This document shows positions 1 to 13,016 of a stretch of DNA of 64,000 nucleotides, one piece after another. The translations under genes were made by a program, and so were the position numbers. How positions within the stretch are numbered: position 1 is the first letter of the stretch; every line of letters starts with the position of its first letter. Source of the DNA: Monocercomonoides exilis PA203 (Eukaryota; Protista; Preaxostyla). Below the pieces are notes generated by a model. It ran no database searches, had not been told where the DNA came from, and saw only the letters and a program-made list of their open reading frames with translations. The stretch is taken from contig LSRY02000017.1 in assembly GCA_001643675.2 (NCBI GenBank), forward strand, positions 992,001-1,056,000, given 5' to 3'.

Positions 1-2
1 TA

Positions 3-3000
3 ATTTCTCCACTGCCAACGCTTCCCCTTCCGCAAGGTCATCTCAAGCATTTTTTCGAAAGCCAACAGAAAACTGTTTGGGGTGTTGGGATGAATGTGTT
101 TAGACAGTGCAGAATGGTTCTTTTGAATGTTGTACCAATACCTGGAAGCGTTGGAGAGGTCGCAAGCGGATTGCTTGCTAAGCTTAACGAGGAGGAAAGA
201 GAAGTTATGTCGGATGTGGAAATGTTGGAATGGAACGAAGAGAATCATGAAACACATATCAACAGAGTTAGCGAAAATTGCACAGTTGGAGATGATAAGT
301 ATGCTCAGGCAAAGCATAAAGGCCATATGCATTCCATTAGCAGCATACAAATGCACTCTTCAAACAATTCCATTCTTATGCTGAAACTTCTTGTGCTGAA
401 AGCCAAAGTGCTTCACCTTTATGCTCGATGGGCTCATCGCCTCCATTCGCTTAAATCAATTCTACAAAAATACATTTCTCATACCGAAAAGAGCACTCCC
501 CATCGAACACCATCTCCAACTGTTCCTTCGTCTTTGACTTCCTCTCCGTCTGCATCTTCATTGACTTCGCAATCATCAAATGAAATAACAAAGTCATCAT
601 CCGTCAAGGGATTTCGTACTTCTCGTTCGTTTTCTTCCGATTTGTTTGCTGTTCCTTCAACTTCCTCATCGCTTTCATTGAAATCACAAAAGCAGATTTC
701 AAAAGAAAAAGGCAAAAAAGATAAGACTAAAAGAGGAAAAGAGAGAAGGGAAAAGAAAGGCTCTTCGTTGGAAAAGAATCGCCGAAAATCTTCATTGGAC
801 CTTTCGAAAAAGGTGGATCAATCATCTTCAGTTGCAGCTACTTCTCACCATTCAACAACTTCTCGAGTTGTCAGCTTTTTGATCGGGTCAAAAGGAAGCG
901 ATGAAAGAAAAGAATCAAAATCATTTCAAAATCAAGTCATTCATTCAAAATCAAATGATATGAATGAAAATGATTCAGTAAACACTTTGAATCATAACAA
1001 AGATAAAGCGCACATTTCCAATTCCACTTCGATTTCCGTAAAGAACAGCTTGACGGACAACTCAAATATTGATCAAATTTTATCAGCGGATCTTGCCGAT
1101 ATGCCATTTCTGAATCCTGATACGACAAAAATTCCTGTAATAAATGAAGAAGCACTGATCTTGACTCGGAAAGCGAATACTCCTCGCAAAGAAGCAAGCG
1201 AATTACAAATTGAAAATGAAGAGCTGTTGAGCGATGCTGAAAATTGTGATGAAAGAAGTGTTTTTGACAAAGATGATGCTGCAGACGATGAATATGACAC
1301 AACTGATAAAAGAAATACAGAAAAAGCTGGATTGACTTTTCGAAATGAATGCACAATGAAAGAAAATCCGCAAGCTCAATCAATTGGCATGGTGAGAGAA
1401 ACATTCATGCAAAACGAAAAGGTGCAATTAAAACCCGGAATCGTTCTAAGTACTTTGGTGGACCATCTCACAACCACACCTGTTCCATCTCCTGTTCCTG
1501 TGCCTATTGCTTCGCCAGCTCAATCATTTACCTCCATTTTACTTCCATTGGAATCTACTGCATCATCTTCATCTGTGCTATCATATAACATGCAGCTACC
1601 GCATTCTATTGATTCAAAGGGTTTACAGCTTCAATCATCGTTTTCTCATATCGTTGAAAGAGCCGTGAAAAGTCTTCAGCAGCCATTAGATGATTCTTTA
1701 ATTGATTTTGAGTCATTTGAAAAGAATCTAGAAAAAGAAAGTGGCAACACGAAATTCGAAAAAATGCATTTACAACCTTCATTTGTGGAAGGTTCAACTC
1801 CAATCACGATCGCACAGAATGCAAACCTTGGACCAATTGAACAAGATATAAAGCAAACAAATAATATATCAGAAGATAAAAGTGTTTCCAATGTTTTATC
1901 AAGCAAACTTTCCCATCCATTGTGTGACAAAAAAGTTTCATTTCAATTAGAGGCTCAACCAGAAGCAATTCCAGATACCCAGTCATTTTATACAACAGAA
2001 GAACAGAAGTGCATTCCAATCGTTCAGGATTCTCCCCATATTTCTGTTGACCCAACAGCTTCTTCTCTTCTTCATCAGTCTATGATACCATCTACTCCTT
2101 TTCTACTTCCTTCTTCCCCTTCTTCGTCTTCTTCGTTTTCACATCTCGGAGATCCGAAGCGTCTTGCGCTTTCTCCAGATATTTTGGCACCATCATACGA
2201 AGAATTCGTGAAGTGCTTGTCTTCATCTTGTCAGCATCTCTTTCCTTTCTCTGCTGCCACTTCTTCAAATTCATTGGATTATTTTTTGCCTTCAAATTCT
2301 CTTTTTCCAATGGAACTTTGCATCAACGAGAGGCAATTATCAACAATGATTGCATATTCGTTGCTTACAAGTGAATATGAACAAAAGATGAACGAGCTTC
2401 TGGACGCTGCCGAAACACAACAACAAATTTTCTGTGAAAAACAGTTTACTGAAGAAAAAGAATTGAATGCTGTTGACTTTCAGAAAGGTTCGTTTGGCTC
2501 TCAAATTTTGGTTGATGATTCATTTATAGTTGCTTCAAATCAAACAAATCCAACAGAAAAAATAAAGATTAGCTCTGCTATTAATTCAAAATTAATGCCT
2601 GGAAAAAGAGTTACTTTTTCTGAGCGAATAAAATCCGCTTCTGTTCAGAAAGCTGCATTGCTTTCACCGAAACACAATGTGATCTCTGTGAACATTAGCA
2701 ATAAAGCCATGAATGTTACATGTACTTTTTATTCACCTCTACAATTTCATGCACTTCGAGAATCATCAATTACTCATTCTGCTTTTGTATCTTCATTGGC
2801 AGCTGGATCTTTTTCAGTGAAAATGCTGGGTGGAAAATCAAAAGCGAAATTCTGGAAAACAAAAGACGATCGATTCATATTAAAAAAGATTTCAAAAATT
2901 GAGATGTCTGAAGTGGTTAATTCGGCTGGAGCTTATTTTGAGCATTTTTATGATACAGTCTTTGAAAAGCAGCCATCTCTTATGCTTCCAATTTACGCAA

Positions 3001-3898
3001 TCGTAGGGATAGATTTCAAGCCTTCTTCATCATCTTCATCGTTTTTGACCAGCGCATCACGAACAGCAGCTGCTGCAAGTCTTTCAGAAGAATCAACTTT
3101 TCAGTTCTCTTCCGACGTTTCTACTTCTGCAACTGCCTTACACGATTCAATCAATTTTTCTGAGGATTATTCAAAGCACTCAATTTCTTCTCCTCCTTCA
3201 ATCTCTCATCAGCAGACTTCTTCATTGCAATCATCATCCTCACCATTTCAGTCAAATGTGGAAAAACTGAAAGGGTATTTCATTGTTTTGGAGAATTTAT
3301 TCTGTGGTTCTCAAATGAAGCGAATGTTCGATTTGAAGGGAAGCAGAAGGTCGAGATATGTGAGATTTAACAGATCACAGGACGAAGTGCTGTTGGACTC
3401 GAACTACGTGGTAATGATGGTGATGATGAAAGAAAAACTGGCCGTGCGAGAAAAGGACTGGCAGATGATGATGAAAGGAGCTGAAAGAGACGCTCAGTTT
3501 TTATCGAGGCTGAACGTTGTTGATTACTCTTTGATTGTTGGCGTTGATGAAAATAACCACACGATCAGATGCGGAATAATTGACTATTTGAGACAATACA
3601 CTTGGGACAAGCAATTTGAGGTTTCATCTATTTTATTTAATGTTCATTCTAATATTTTTTTTCTATTTATTTTTCAAATTTATTCTTTATATCTGTCGAA
3701 TATGTTATTTTTCTTAAAAAGTCACGGATTAAAAAATCGTATCTGCTAAATCAAGGCGACGTCTTGCCAACAATAATTCACCCATCCGAATACAAGCTGA
3801 GGTTTATAGATTCATTGAAGGAGTACATTACTTCTATTCCAGAACAATTTAGTTCTTGCGTAATAACGTCTCAAATGTTGAAATATCTTAATGAATAA
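3..3898 (+). CDS. FAB1: Fab1/PIKfyve-like phosphatidylinositol-phosphate kinase, 3' part (5' end outside window; intron 3621-3721)
   Basis: ORF 90-3749 is open back to the window start. PIPK motifs GGKSKAKF..TKDDRFILK, FDLKGS, DYSLIVG, GIIDYLRQYTWDK. A GT-AG intron at 3621-3721 restores the terminal exon SRIKK..PTIIHPSEYKLRF..NE* typical of Fab1. Confidence 0.85.
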
Positions 3899-4120
3899 CG
3901 GTGATTATCTTGGCATTTTTCTCGAATTTATTATTTTGACAGAGAGAATACTTTTACGATGAATAAATGTCCAAAGCCTTTTATTAAAAAATCAATTTGA
4001 AGCAAAGCAATGATGTTATGAATTCTATGACTTTAATCTTAAGTACATTTTTATTCAATTTAAATTCGATGCTTTTAGAAGCTTGCCATTTTTTTAGGTT
4101 TTGAAAGTCTGATAGAATTA

Positions 4121-7100
4121 ATGATGTGTGCGAAAACCCGAACATTTGCAAAAACCCGCACTCTTTGGATTTTTGGAAACATCATAAAATTTTTTGTGTT
4201 AAAGTAAAGTCTTTTTTAATAAACACATGAAATTATGAATGAATTTTTAATAAGAATGAAAATGCATTTGTTATAATGGGAGAAATTCCATATTTAATTC
4301 TCAAAAAGCCAAAAATATTGCAGAAATCAGTCAATTGAAAATATCCAAATTTTTGAAATGCAAAAAGTGAAGACAGAAAATATGAATAATTCCAGAAAAA
4401 AATATTTTCGAAGAAACAGAACAAATCGAATGGAATCTCGCGGTGAGATATCTGGTATAAATGGAAGGCCACGATATTTAACAAAGGAAGAAAAAGAGAA
4501 GCTTGTTCAAATTATATTGAATTGGCACAATGTTTTGAAGCAACCATCAATTTATGACATTCCTTTTTTAGTATGATTTTTATGTTTTGAAATTCTCAAC
4601 TTATTTTTTTTAATCAAGGGAAGACAAATTCGAATCGAAAGATCTCCGGCTTCGTCTGAATATATCGAAACACCGAGTCTAAGATGGGTTTACGATTTTT
4701 TATCAAGGCAAAAACTATTGCGAATGATAAATCCAGTTCGACTTGATCATGCACGCTTGAGAGCATCGTTAAAAGAAAATATACAGTCTTTTCTTTCTCA
4801 TTTGCGAACTTTGATGCTGAAGAAAAAATACCATCCTTCGTTAATATTACAATTGGACGAAATAAGTTGTCAGTCCAATTGTCGTCATCATAGGAAAAGA
4901 ATTGCTAATGAAAAATGCAAATACTTGCCATGTTTAGAAACACCTCCTCTTCGTCAATTAACTCTTTTATTCATTGTGAGAGCTGATGGATATCATCTCC
5001 CCACTCATCTTCTTTTAAGTTCAAAATATGAAAAAGAAATCAACGAACAATGGAATGACTATTCGTTCGTATTGCATTCAACTCAAAAAGGATGGATGAC
5101 AAAGGAACTGTTTGAAAAAATTATGTTAGAACATGTTCTTCCTTTCATACAGAAGCAAAGAAAAATTGTAGAAAGAATTCGACAATGTCAATATGAAATA
5201 TGCCAAAAGAAATCTGGTGAATTGAAAACGAAAGAAAAAAGGTTAGAAAATTGCGAACAGAAAATGAAAAAGAATGAGACTTGTGAAAAAACAACACAAC
5301 AAAATTTTCAAGACGAAGACGATCATGAATCAATAGCATTGCATTCATCAGCTGGATCAGAACTATTTCCAACAGATAACTCAGATTCACCGTCAAAATC
5401 CCCACGATCCAGAGATCAGTGTGATAATGAAAAAAGTCCCAAGGAATCCATTTGTTCTGACAAACTGGAACTTTCGAATACAATGTATTCGGAAGGAGAT
5501 CGAATTCAAGAATTGCAGCAACTGCAACAATCGGCATCTGACACTTCAAAAGAATTTTCAGAGTGTGAAAATTCTATTCGAATCAAAAAGAGTTTTCAAA
5601 TTCCATCAGATGGATTTCCTAAAGTTGATGTTAGTGAAATTTCAAACTTTCGTGATGAAACTCATTCTAATTGTTCTGATGAAGGAATATTTCTATTTGA
5701 AGAAGATGATAATAGAGATTGGTGGATTAAGAATGACGCTCATCTGCAGAAAGCAAACTTAGCGAAAAAAGAAATAACTCAATATGAAAAAATATCTGAA
5801 GAAAAAACAAGCCATTCATTTCCTTCTGCTTTAATTATTCTTGACGGCCATTCTTCAAGACAAAATATCCAGCTGTGGCAAAAGTTTTCTGAAGAAAACG
5901 TTGATGTCGTTGTGCTACCAGCACACACATCACATATTCTTCAGCCACTTGATCTCGGACCTAATGCTGCACTCTAAAAGCAATTGAAAAATGTTCGAAA
6001 TGAACCAAGTGTGAGCAAAATGAAAACAGAATTTTTAGCTTTTGTCCAAGCCATCGCAGATTGCTCTTATTATGCGATGGCCCCAAGAGTAATACGTCAT
6101 GGGTTCTACGAAGCTGAAATAACGTCTTCTCGAATATCTCACGTTCTGAGGCGCACTTTGGATAACCTGCCTTTCGGCGTAAAACCGGCTAGACAGACGA
6201 ACCGATGGTCCATCTCTGGTAAACAAATTACATCAACAGCAGTTCTGAAGGAATGGCAAGCTTTTGAAGAGAAAAAGTCTATTGATGATAATGAAAGAGT
6301 TGAGAATGTTCATATGAAAAATATAAATCAAAAAACAAGAAAAAAATAAAAAGGAAAGACTTTTATCTTCAAATATAACTTCTACTGATTCTAAGCTTTC
6401 AAACCTCACTTCTATTGAAAACACTAGCGAAGATACTGAGCCTGACGATAACTCATGTTCAACAGATTTCGAATCAGATCCAACTGATTCACAAGAAGGT
6501 GAAGAAAATATTTTGGTCGTTCATGTTTTCAGAAGAAAAAACAAACAGAAAAGATTTATTTTGTGCCGGTCAGATCATTTGGATGAAGCAGATGGTCGAA
6601 AACAAGTTTCTGATTTGTCAAGTTCTTCTAATTATTCTGAAGAAGAATCTTCAGAAACTGATCATCATTCCGACAGATTAAACAAATTGAAAGAAAAGAA
6701 AAAAAGAGATCTTGACAGCAGTGAATATATAGAAGAAGATCTTTCATCAAGCAACGAAGAAGAAGGTTCAAATGGAAAAAAATTGCTCAAAAAATATTCC
6801 ATGAGATCAGTGAAAGGTTTGCCCAAAAGATTATCCGAGCAATATGTTCTTTTTACGGATTCTGATGAAAGTGAAAATAATCCAAAGAAATGATTTGTGA
6901 GAAATAAACTATCGTGAAAAGTTGAAAAACATAACAAACCTTTTCAATCTCTTCATATCAAACAATAATCATTCAGGAAATCACTATGCAATTTGATTGT
7001 CAAACATTTTATTAATTGCTTTGTTTCCTACTACAAGTTTCAATAATTCTTGATAAAGAATCAGTATAACTATATTTTTTCTTAAAAAGCAAGGATAAGC

Positions 7101-8094
7101 ATTTTCAATGAAAAGAAACAATAATTTTCAGAAAAAAAAGAAATAAAAACATTTTTGAAAAAAGAAAAACAAAACAGAAAAACAATATATATCATTTTCA
7201 GATTTAAAAATAAATCGCATAATAGTCAATGTTCAAAATTTTTCGACAAAAAAAATAAGTGATCCGCAAACCTGCAACAATAAAAATAAACTTATTTCAT
7301 TGAAAAACTTGTCGAAAAAAATCCACTATGAATTGTCGAACTGCTGTCAATGAAAATAACAAAATAATATTTTTTTGATATCAAAATCAAAATCAAACAT
7401 GAAGAACAAACCACATAAATGCGGTTCTTTTAAGTTGAATAATTTATGAAACATTGTTGGATTGAAATAATTTTATTATGGGTTTTGAACCCATTGTTTA
7501 GATTGAAAACAATGTGATGATCGGGCTTATGATAAATATGCAATTTCATTTCCATTTGAAGTTATAATGCAATAATGGTATTCTTTAGAATCTCATCTAT
7601 TTCATCTATTGACATTTTTCATATTTTTTTCAGTTTAAAAAGAAAATAAGATAAATGTTATTATTTTCCTATTTTTTTCATGTTATAGAAGTGATTTTCA
7701 TGTTTCGGTGTAAGAATGTATTTATATTTTCAGTTAATTCTTTGGCATTTTATTATCTGAGAAAAGATTTCTATTTTTCTGTTTTTTTCACTTCGCATTA
7801 TAAAAAGATGTCAAAGACAAAAATTCTTTAAAAGTTGAGTGATATTTGTTGCAAACAAAAAAAGAATGAAATCATTGAAAGATAACATCAAAATAAAAAT
7901 GAGAAGTTTCAAAATTTTTCTCCAACTGAAAATTGTACCAAAATAGTTAATTTTCAAGAATAAAAATGAATTTTTGAAATCGACATCGAGTTATAACAAA
8001 AATAAACATCATTTTATTAATTTCCAACAACTTTTTTATTATTCAAGATGATATGTGCGGGTTTTTGCAAATGTTCGGGTTTTCCACCATACTA
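4121..8094 (+). mobile_element. pogo/Fot-like (Tc1-mariner superfamily) DNA transposon, copy 1
   Basis: Imperfect TIRs with core GAAAACCCGAACATTTGCAAAAACCCGCAC at ~4132 and inverted at ~8055-8084; flanking TA on both sides; near-identical inverted copy at 15032-19004. Confidence 0.9.
4358..6893 (+). pseudogene. DDE_1/CENP-B-type transposase (DD35D), disrupted; intron 4571-4618
   Basis: GRPRYLT HTH start, PSLRWVYDFL, LDE, TQKGWMT, LDGHSS...LPAHTSHILQPLD. In-frame TAA at 5975 and an apparent frameshift in an A-run near 6340. Confidence 0.85.
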
Positions 8095-8675
8095 TAAAAT
8101 GATAAAAAATAATTTTATCCTACGTTTGAGTATATTTATGAATGGTTCAAATAAATGTAACTTACCAATCAAAATGAAAGGAGAATCATCGAAATGAAAA
8201 ATATTGAACACAAAGAAAAGAAATAGAAATAGAAATACTCATCCAAAACACAAACCTTGTTGTATGAAAAGCAAAATTGAATGTGCTCGCAATTTGCAAA
8301 AACAAAAACGCTTTACTAAACCATTTTACACATTCTCGAAAAGTGTTAATTCTAAATTACTTCAAAAACCGTCGGCAAGCAACAATAATCAAATGAAACG
8401 AATAAGTGTGAAGTGAATGCAAACATTCGCTTGTAAACTAAAAATCCAAACAATTGCCATTTTGTTCTTATTTTCTCTAAAAAAACACTGGAAAAAAGTT
8501 TCCAGCTTCACATTGTATAAATAACAAAGTTTTACATAAATTATTCAAAAATTCATCTAAAATTAGATGGATTTTCAAAAGAAAAAAATTATGTTCAAAA
8601 ATATCTATCAACATTCAAAAAAAAAAAATATCATTCACATTCGAGTGTTTTATTCTAAGCATTCCTTCTTTTCTT

Positions 8676-11600
8676 TCAATCCTTCTCTTTGTGTTCTTTG
8701 CGTTCTTTGTGCTCTTTGTGCTCTTTTTTCTTTTTGTTCTTCTTCTTTCTCTTTCCTTCACCATCCTTTTCTGCCTTTTCCTTATTCTTTGAAACCGTTT
8801 TCTTTTTTTCTATATAAGCAAGAATTTTTGTGGATAGTAAATTGTTAAAGTCTTCATCGTCGTTGCTTTGATAGGCCTTAGTATAGTACTGGATAGTTAC
8901 AATTTTCTCTTTGTATGCAAGCGCCATTGAAAGCAAATGTGTTGGAGAATGATTCAAAATCACATTACCTGGAATCATATTAATCAAATCGCGCTTTGCC
9001 TTTGACATTTCAGTAATGCTTCTTTTGTTATTTGAAGAAGAAGATGATGGAGATGAAGCACTTATGCTCATTGAAGCCGCAGATATAGAGGAACTTGGAG
9101 TCTCGCAACAAACATCACATTCTTTCATAGAATTCTCTGCACCATTCTGTTTCGAATGAGAAGGTGGGAGATACGGAGCTAAAGAAACAGCCATTTGAGT
9201 TTTGCTTCCTTCCAATGGTAAATATTTTGAGGTATCGCAAATGCAAGTGGTTTTCTGTGAAGATTCGCAGTTTTGCTGTGGAAGAGATTGAAATGATGTA
9301 GAACACGTTTGGTCACTCGGTGAATCTGAAATTTCATCAGAATTTCTTCCACCAGAAATGTCAGTTGAATTTCGTTGTTCTTTCTCATCAGTGGATCGAT
9401 TGTTGCTCTGTTTAGAATCTGTATCTTCATTTTGCGCTTCGCCTTCATTTATGCTTTCTCGTTTCTCGTTTCCTTTATGCGTATCACATAGGTCCTGTCT
9501 TTCATTAATCTCATTAATTCTGTCGCTTTCTTCCCGTTCCTCTTCATATCTCCTCCTCTTTATCCTCTTCCTCTCAATACACTTAACACACAAGTGGTTT
9601 GCAAGTTCTCTTCTAACCTTTGGCATAAGATCAGCCTCAAATCCTCTCACACGCCTCATATTCAGTGCATCCACTTCCAACTCGCCAGGCAACAGATAAG
9701 GCTCCAGCTTGTTGCACGAATACAGCCCTGGCGGCGGTGATAGGCATGTCCAGTCGATCATAATGGAATTGACCTTCATTATAAACGGATTCAGCGTGCT
9801 GGCGTGGTTTTTCTTTCGCCCTGATGAGCTTTGCGTCGAACACAGTGAGAACACGTTTCTCTTTCTCGCAGACTTCTCCGTCCGCTCCTCCAGCTGCAGC
9901 AGCACACATTCTCCGTTCACCACCTTTCGCTCATCGATCCCGTCATCAGCTTCCAGCGATGAGTCACTCTCAGACTCCGAATTCCCTGCTTTTCGCCTCT
10001 GCCGCTTGTAGTGCTCGTACCGCCCTTTCCAGTTAGGATCGTAGAACAAGCAGCCCATGCTCCGTAGCTTTGATCCATGCTTTTTGTTGGCTTCTTCCTC
10101 CTCCTCTTCGTCATCCTCGTTTTCTTCTTCTTTCTTCTTGTCATCTTCGAAATCATCCCAGAAATAGTAATATCCTCCACATTTAAAGTAATCCTCATTG
10201 CCAACTTCCGTATTATCTGAACTGAAATCGCTTTCGAAGCTGGATTCGTCTTCATCAAAGTAAGTGTCATCAGACAGATCTTTATCGTTACTTTTATCAT
10301 CATCTTCAGCTGCAGATCTCTCGCTTTCAGGCTTATCAAGCTCTTTTTCTCTTTCTGTTGTTGTTATGCAGTTTCCTTCATCATTCGTTTTAATTAAAGT
10401 GGAGGATTCTTCTTTTTGTTCTGGTGTGGTTTCTCCTTTGCTGTGGTCGTTTGATTTGTTCGCGCTTTCGTTTCTTTTGTTAAATATTACATTAAACAAA
10501 GACTTGCCATTTTTCGCTTTTTCCTTTTTCCTTTTGTTTTGTCTCTGAAAGAACTTGTTAAATAAGTTTTCGATAATATTTTTCCCAGTTTCCTTTTTTT
10601 TATCAATGCATTTTTCTGTCTCTTTATTTTCAGTTATTGGAGGTAATTTATTACCAGCAATAGCCGTTGCAGTTGAATCAGGAAAAGGATGAGAAGGTGT
10701 TGGCGAATAAGTTGGTAGTGAATAAGAAGAGGACGATGACTGAGATTGGCACTGAATAGGAGAAAAAGGCAGAAATGATGAAGGCGGCTGAGAAGCAGAA
10801 GCAGAAACAGTAGCAGAAGGTGAAGGTGAAGGAAAAGGAAAAGGAAAAGGTGAAGGTAAGGGTGAAGGAGAAGGAGAAAGTGAAGATGAAACGGAAGAAA
10901 ATGGCGTGCAAGATTTGTCTGGAGATGGTGAAAAAGATGAGAGAGCCAAAGAATATGAAGAAGTCAAAGACGACGAAGGAGAAGAGGGAGAAACACAAGG
11001 TGGTGAAGCTAACGAATCCGATGTTAGCGGCTGTGGATTCTTCAAAAGGCTGAACACCAAAGAAGGTTCAGAAGAAGGCGAGAATGAAGAAGGAATGATG
11101 CTTGTAGGAGAGCAAATTGGCGAGGGGTGCAGAGAAAAGCAGGGAACAAAACCCGGCGATATGGCAGTCGGTGGAAGAGAATATGAACAAGAAGTTGAAC
11201 GAACAGAAGAAGATGCATAAGTTGATGAAGTGCTCGGAAAATAGAAAGAAGAAGGAAGCGGAAGAAACGAGTTGGGTGTGGGTATCAGAGAAGAGGGAAG
11301 AGAAGAAGGAAGAGAAGAAGAAAGAGAATGAGGCGAGGCGCAGGCTGAGAATAGGGAAGGAGCAGTCGAAGGAGACGGGTAAGGTGTGAGGTTATTGAGC
11401 TGTATTTGCCCAACCGACGGAACCTGAGGGGAGATATTGGGAGAGAGGCGGTATGATGTCGGAGAAGGTGCATTGCACCCAAGAAGCGTGTATGGAGGCG
11501 GCATCAGCAGCGGCGGAGGCCTCCGAGATACGGGGCAGTCAACAGGTACATCAAAATACTCATCGGCAGTCGGCTGCTCATTGGACGCTGGCTCCTTCAC

Positions 11601-13016
11601 GTCGGGTGAATCTGAAAGGCTTGTAGGAGGAGACGGAGAGGCACAGAAAGTAGGAAGGGGAGCCGAAGAGATTGTTGTGCTTGCGGTGTAAGCTGTATCT
11701 AAATGAGTTGAAGCAGCTGAAGAGAATGGACGGCTTTCCTCAAACGGCTTGAAGGGGCTAGCAGATGGAGGCATCTTGCCAGCAGAAGCAGAGCATTGGC
11801 TGACTGATGATGAAATCGAAGAAGACTTAGTCATTGGAGGTGAATAAGATATAGTTGAAGTGGCTTGTGAAAACAGTGTATGAGGTGAAAGTTTTGTGTT
11901 TGCTTTGATGCAGTTTGCGGATTTAGTTGGGGATTGTTGGGTGTTAAGCTTCATCTTGTGATTGAAGGCTGATGAATAGAAGTTAATGGCATTAATCAGA
12001 GATATTGCACTTTTCTGAACTGAAGAGTTTTCAACCACTCCTTTTCCTGAATAATCAGTCTTTTTTTCGCTTGGGGAACTTTGTTCTTCCTCTAAAAATA
12101 TGCATTTTAAACAACTTTTGCTGTCTTCATCAGCTATTTCATTTGTTTCGCGTTCATTCAATTTATCTGCCTGATTTCCAGATGAATAATTTTGAGACTG
12201 AGCAAAAACTTCTTTGGATTCATCTGGACTATGACGTTGCGAATGAATTGCTCCACTGAGTAATCCTGATGTATTCTTTGAATTGAATCCTAAATTGACT
12301 GCAAAATCATCCCGTTTTTCATATGAAAAATCCTGAAAAGAGGTGATATCATGAGAGTGTATTTCATTGTCTGTCAATTGATAGTCTCTTTGACCAAATA
12401 GCGTTGATGCAAATGGTTGTAACGTTAAAATATTGTATATGTTCTCGCAATTGTCCGTGAAAAACGGCTGCTTTGGATCATATTTCCACTGACCATCAAC
12501 AATGAACAAATAAAAGTGATTTCCTTCTGGAATTGTCAATATCACAGACCAAAATTTCGTCCAACTTTTAACTTTCCCCTGATATATGCTTTTCTCTTTC
12601 TTTATTTTTGCCAATATTTCACCTGAAATTTTGCCATTGGTTATATCCTCCTGTGTCGGACCTGAAGTATCTTGAAAACTTTTTTGGGGAATAAGTTTAA
12701 TAGGTTCGGACCAGTGATTAAAAGAACCGATAAGCGATACAAAATTGCACGCTCCATAATTCCATATAAATTGATGTCTGAAAGAAGATTGTTGTGCACA
12801 TGAACTCGTATTTTCGTGACAATGCATGCTTTTAATTCTTGTTGAAAATGTTGAATCTAAAATTGAAGGGAACAAAACATTAACAGCATCCGCTGGAGAT
12901 AAGTGACTTGCAGCTGGAGCACGCGTTGACTTTTTTTCCAAAAATTCTTCTACTTCATATCCAAAATTCTTTTTCAATTTTGCTTGATTAACCGAAGGAA
13001 ACTCAACAAAACGCAT
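8676..13016 (-). CDS. AMPK/SNF1 beta-subunit-like protein, greatly expanded (1446 aa)
   Basis: CBM48 glycogen-binding motif (FIW..GSFNHW...YLFIVDGQWKYDP). C-terminal beta-CTD-like segments (PPP..LLP..ANHL, YKEKIVTIQYY) are separated by Ser/Pro-rich and acidic inserts. Confidence 0.7.
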   Translation of the reverse strand: MRFVEFPSVNQAKLKKNFGYEVEEFLEKKSTRAPAASHLSPADAVNVLFPSILDSTFSTRIKSMHCHENTSSCAQQSSFRHQFIWNYGACNFVSLIGSFNHWSEPIKLIPQKSFQDTSGPTQEDITNGKISGEILAKIKKEKSIYQGKVKSWTKFWSVILTIPEGNHFYLFIVDGQWKYDPKQPFFTDNCENIYNILTLQPFASTLFGQRDYQLTDNEIHSHDITSFQDFSYEKRDDFAVNLGFNSKNTSGLLSGAIHSQRHSPDESKEVFAQSQNYSSGNQADKLNERETNEIADEDSKSCLKCIFLEEEQSSPSEKKTDYSGKGVVENSSVQKSAISLINAINFYSSAFNHKMKLNTQQSPTKSANCIKANTKLSPHTLFSQATSTISYSPPMTKSSSISSSVSQCSASAGKMPPSASPFKPFEESRPFSSAASTHLDTAYTASTTISSAPLPTFCASPSPPTSLSDSPDVKEPASNEQPTADEYFDVPVDCPVSRRPPPLLMPPPYTLLGCNAPSPTSYRLSPNISPQVPSVGQIQLNNLTPYPSPSTAPSLFSACASPHSLSSSLPSSLPSSLIPTPNSFLPLPSSFYFPSTSSTYASSSVRSTSCSYSLPPTAISPGFVPCFSLHPSPICSPTSIIPSSFSPSSEPSLVFSLLKNPQPLTSDSLASPPCVSPSSPSSSLTSSYSLALSSFSPSPDKSCTPFSSVSSSLSPSPSPLPSPFPFPFPSPSPSATVSASASQPPSSFLPFSPIQCQSQSSSSSYSLPTYSPTPSHPFPDSTATAIAGNKLPPITENKETEKCIDKKKETGKNIIENLFNKFFQRQNKRKKEKAKNGKSLFNVIFNKRNESANKSNDHSKGETTPEQKEESSTLIKTNDEGNCITTTEREKELDKPESERSAAEDDDKSNDKDLSDDTYFDEDESSFESDFSSDNTEVGNEDYFKCGGYYYFWDDFEDDKKKEEENEDDEEEEEEANKKHGSKLRSMGCLFYDPNWKGRYEHYKRQRRKAGNSESESDSSLEADDGIDERKVVNGECVLLQLEERTEKSARKRNVFSLCSTQSSSGRKKNHASTLNPFIMKVNSIMIDWTCLSPPPGLYSCNKLEPYLLPGELEVDALNMRRVRGFEADLMPKVRRELANHLCVKCIERKRIKRRRYEEEREESDRINEINERQDLCDTHKGNEKRESINEGEAQNEDTDSKQSNNRSTDEKEQRNSTDISGGRNSDEISDSPSDQTCSTSFQSLPQQNCESSQKTTCICDTSKYLPLEGSKTQMAVSLAPYLPPSHSKQNGAENSMKECDVCCETPSSSISAASMSISASSPSSSSSNNKRSITEMSKAKRDLINMIPGNVILNHSPTHLLSMALAYKEKIVTIQYYTKAYQSNDDEDFNNLLSTKILAYIEKKKTVSKNKEKAEKDGEGKRKKKNKKKKEHKEHKERKEHKEKD

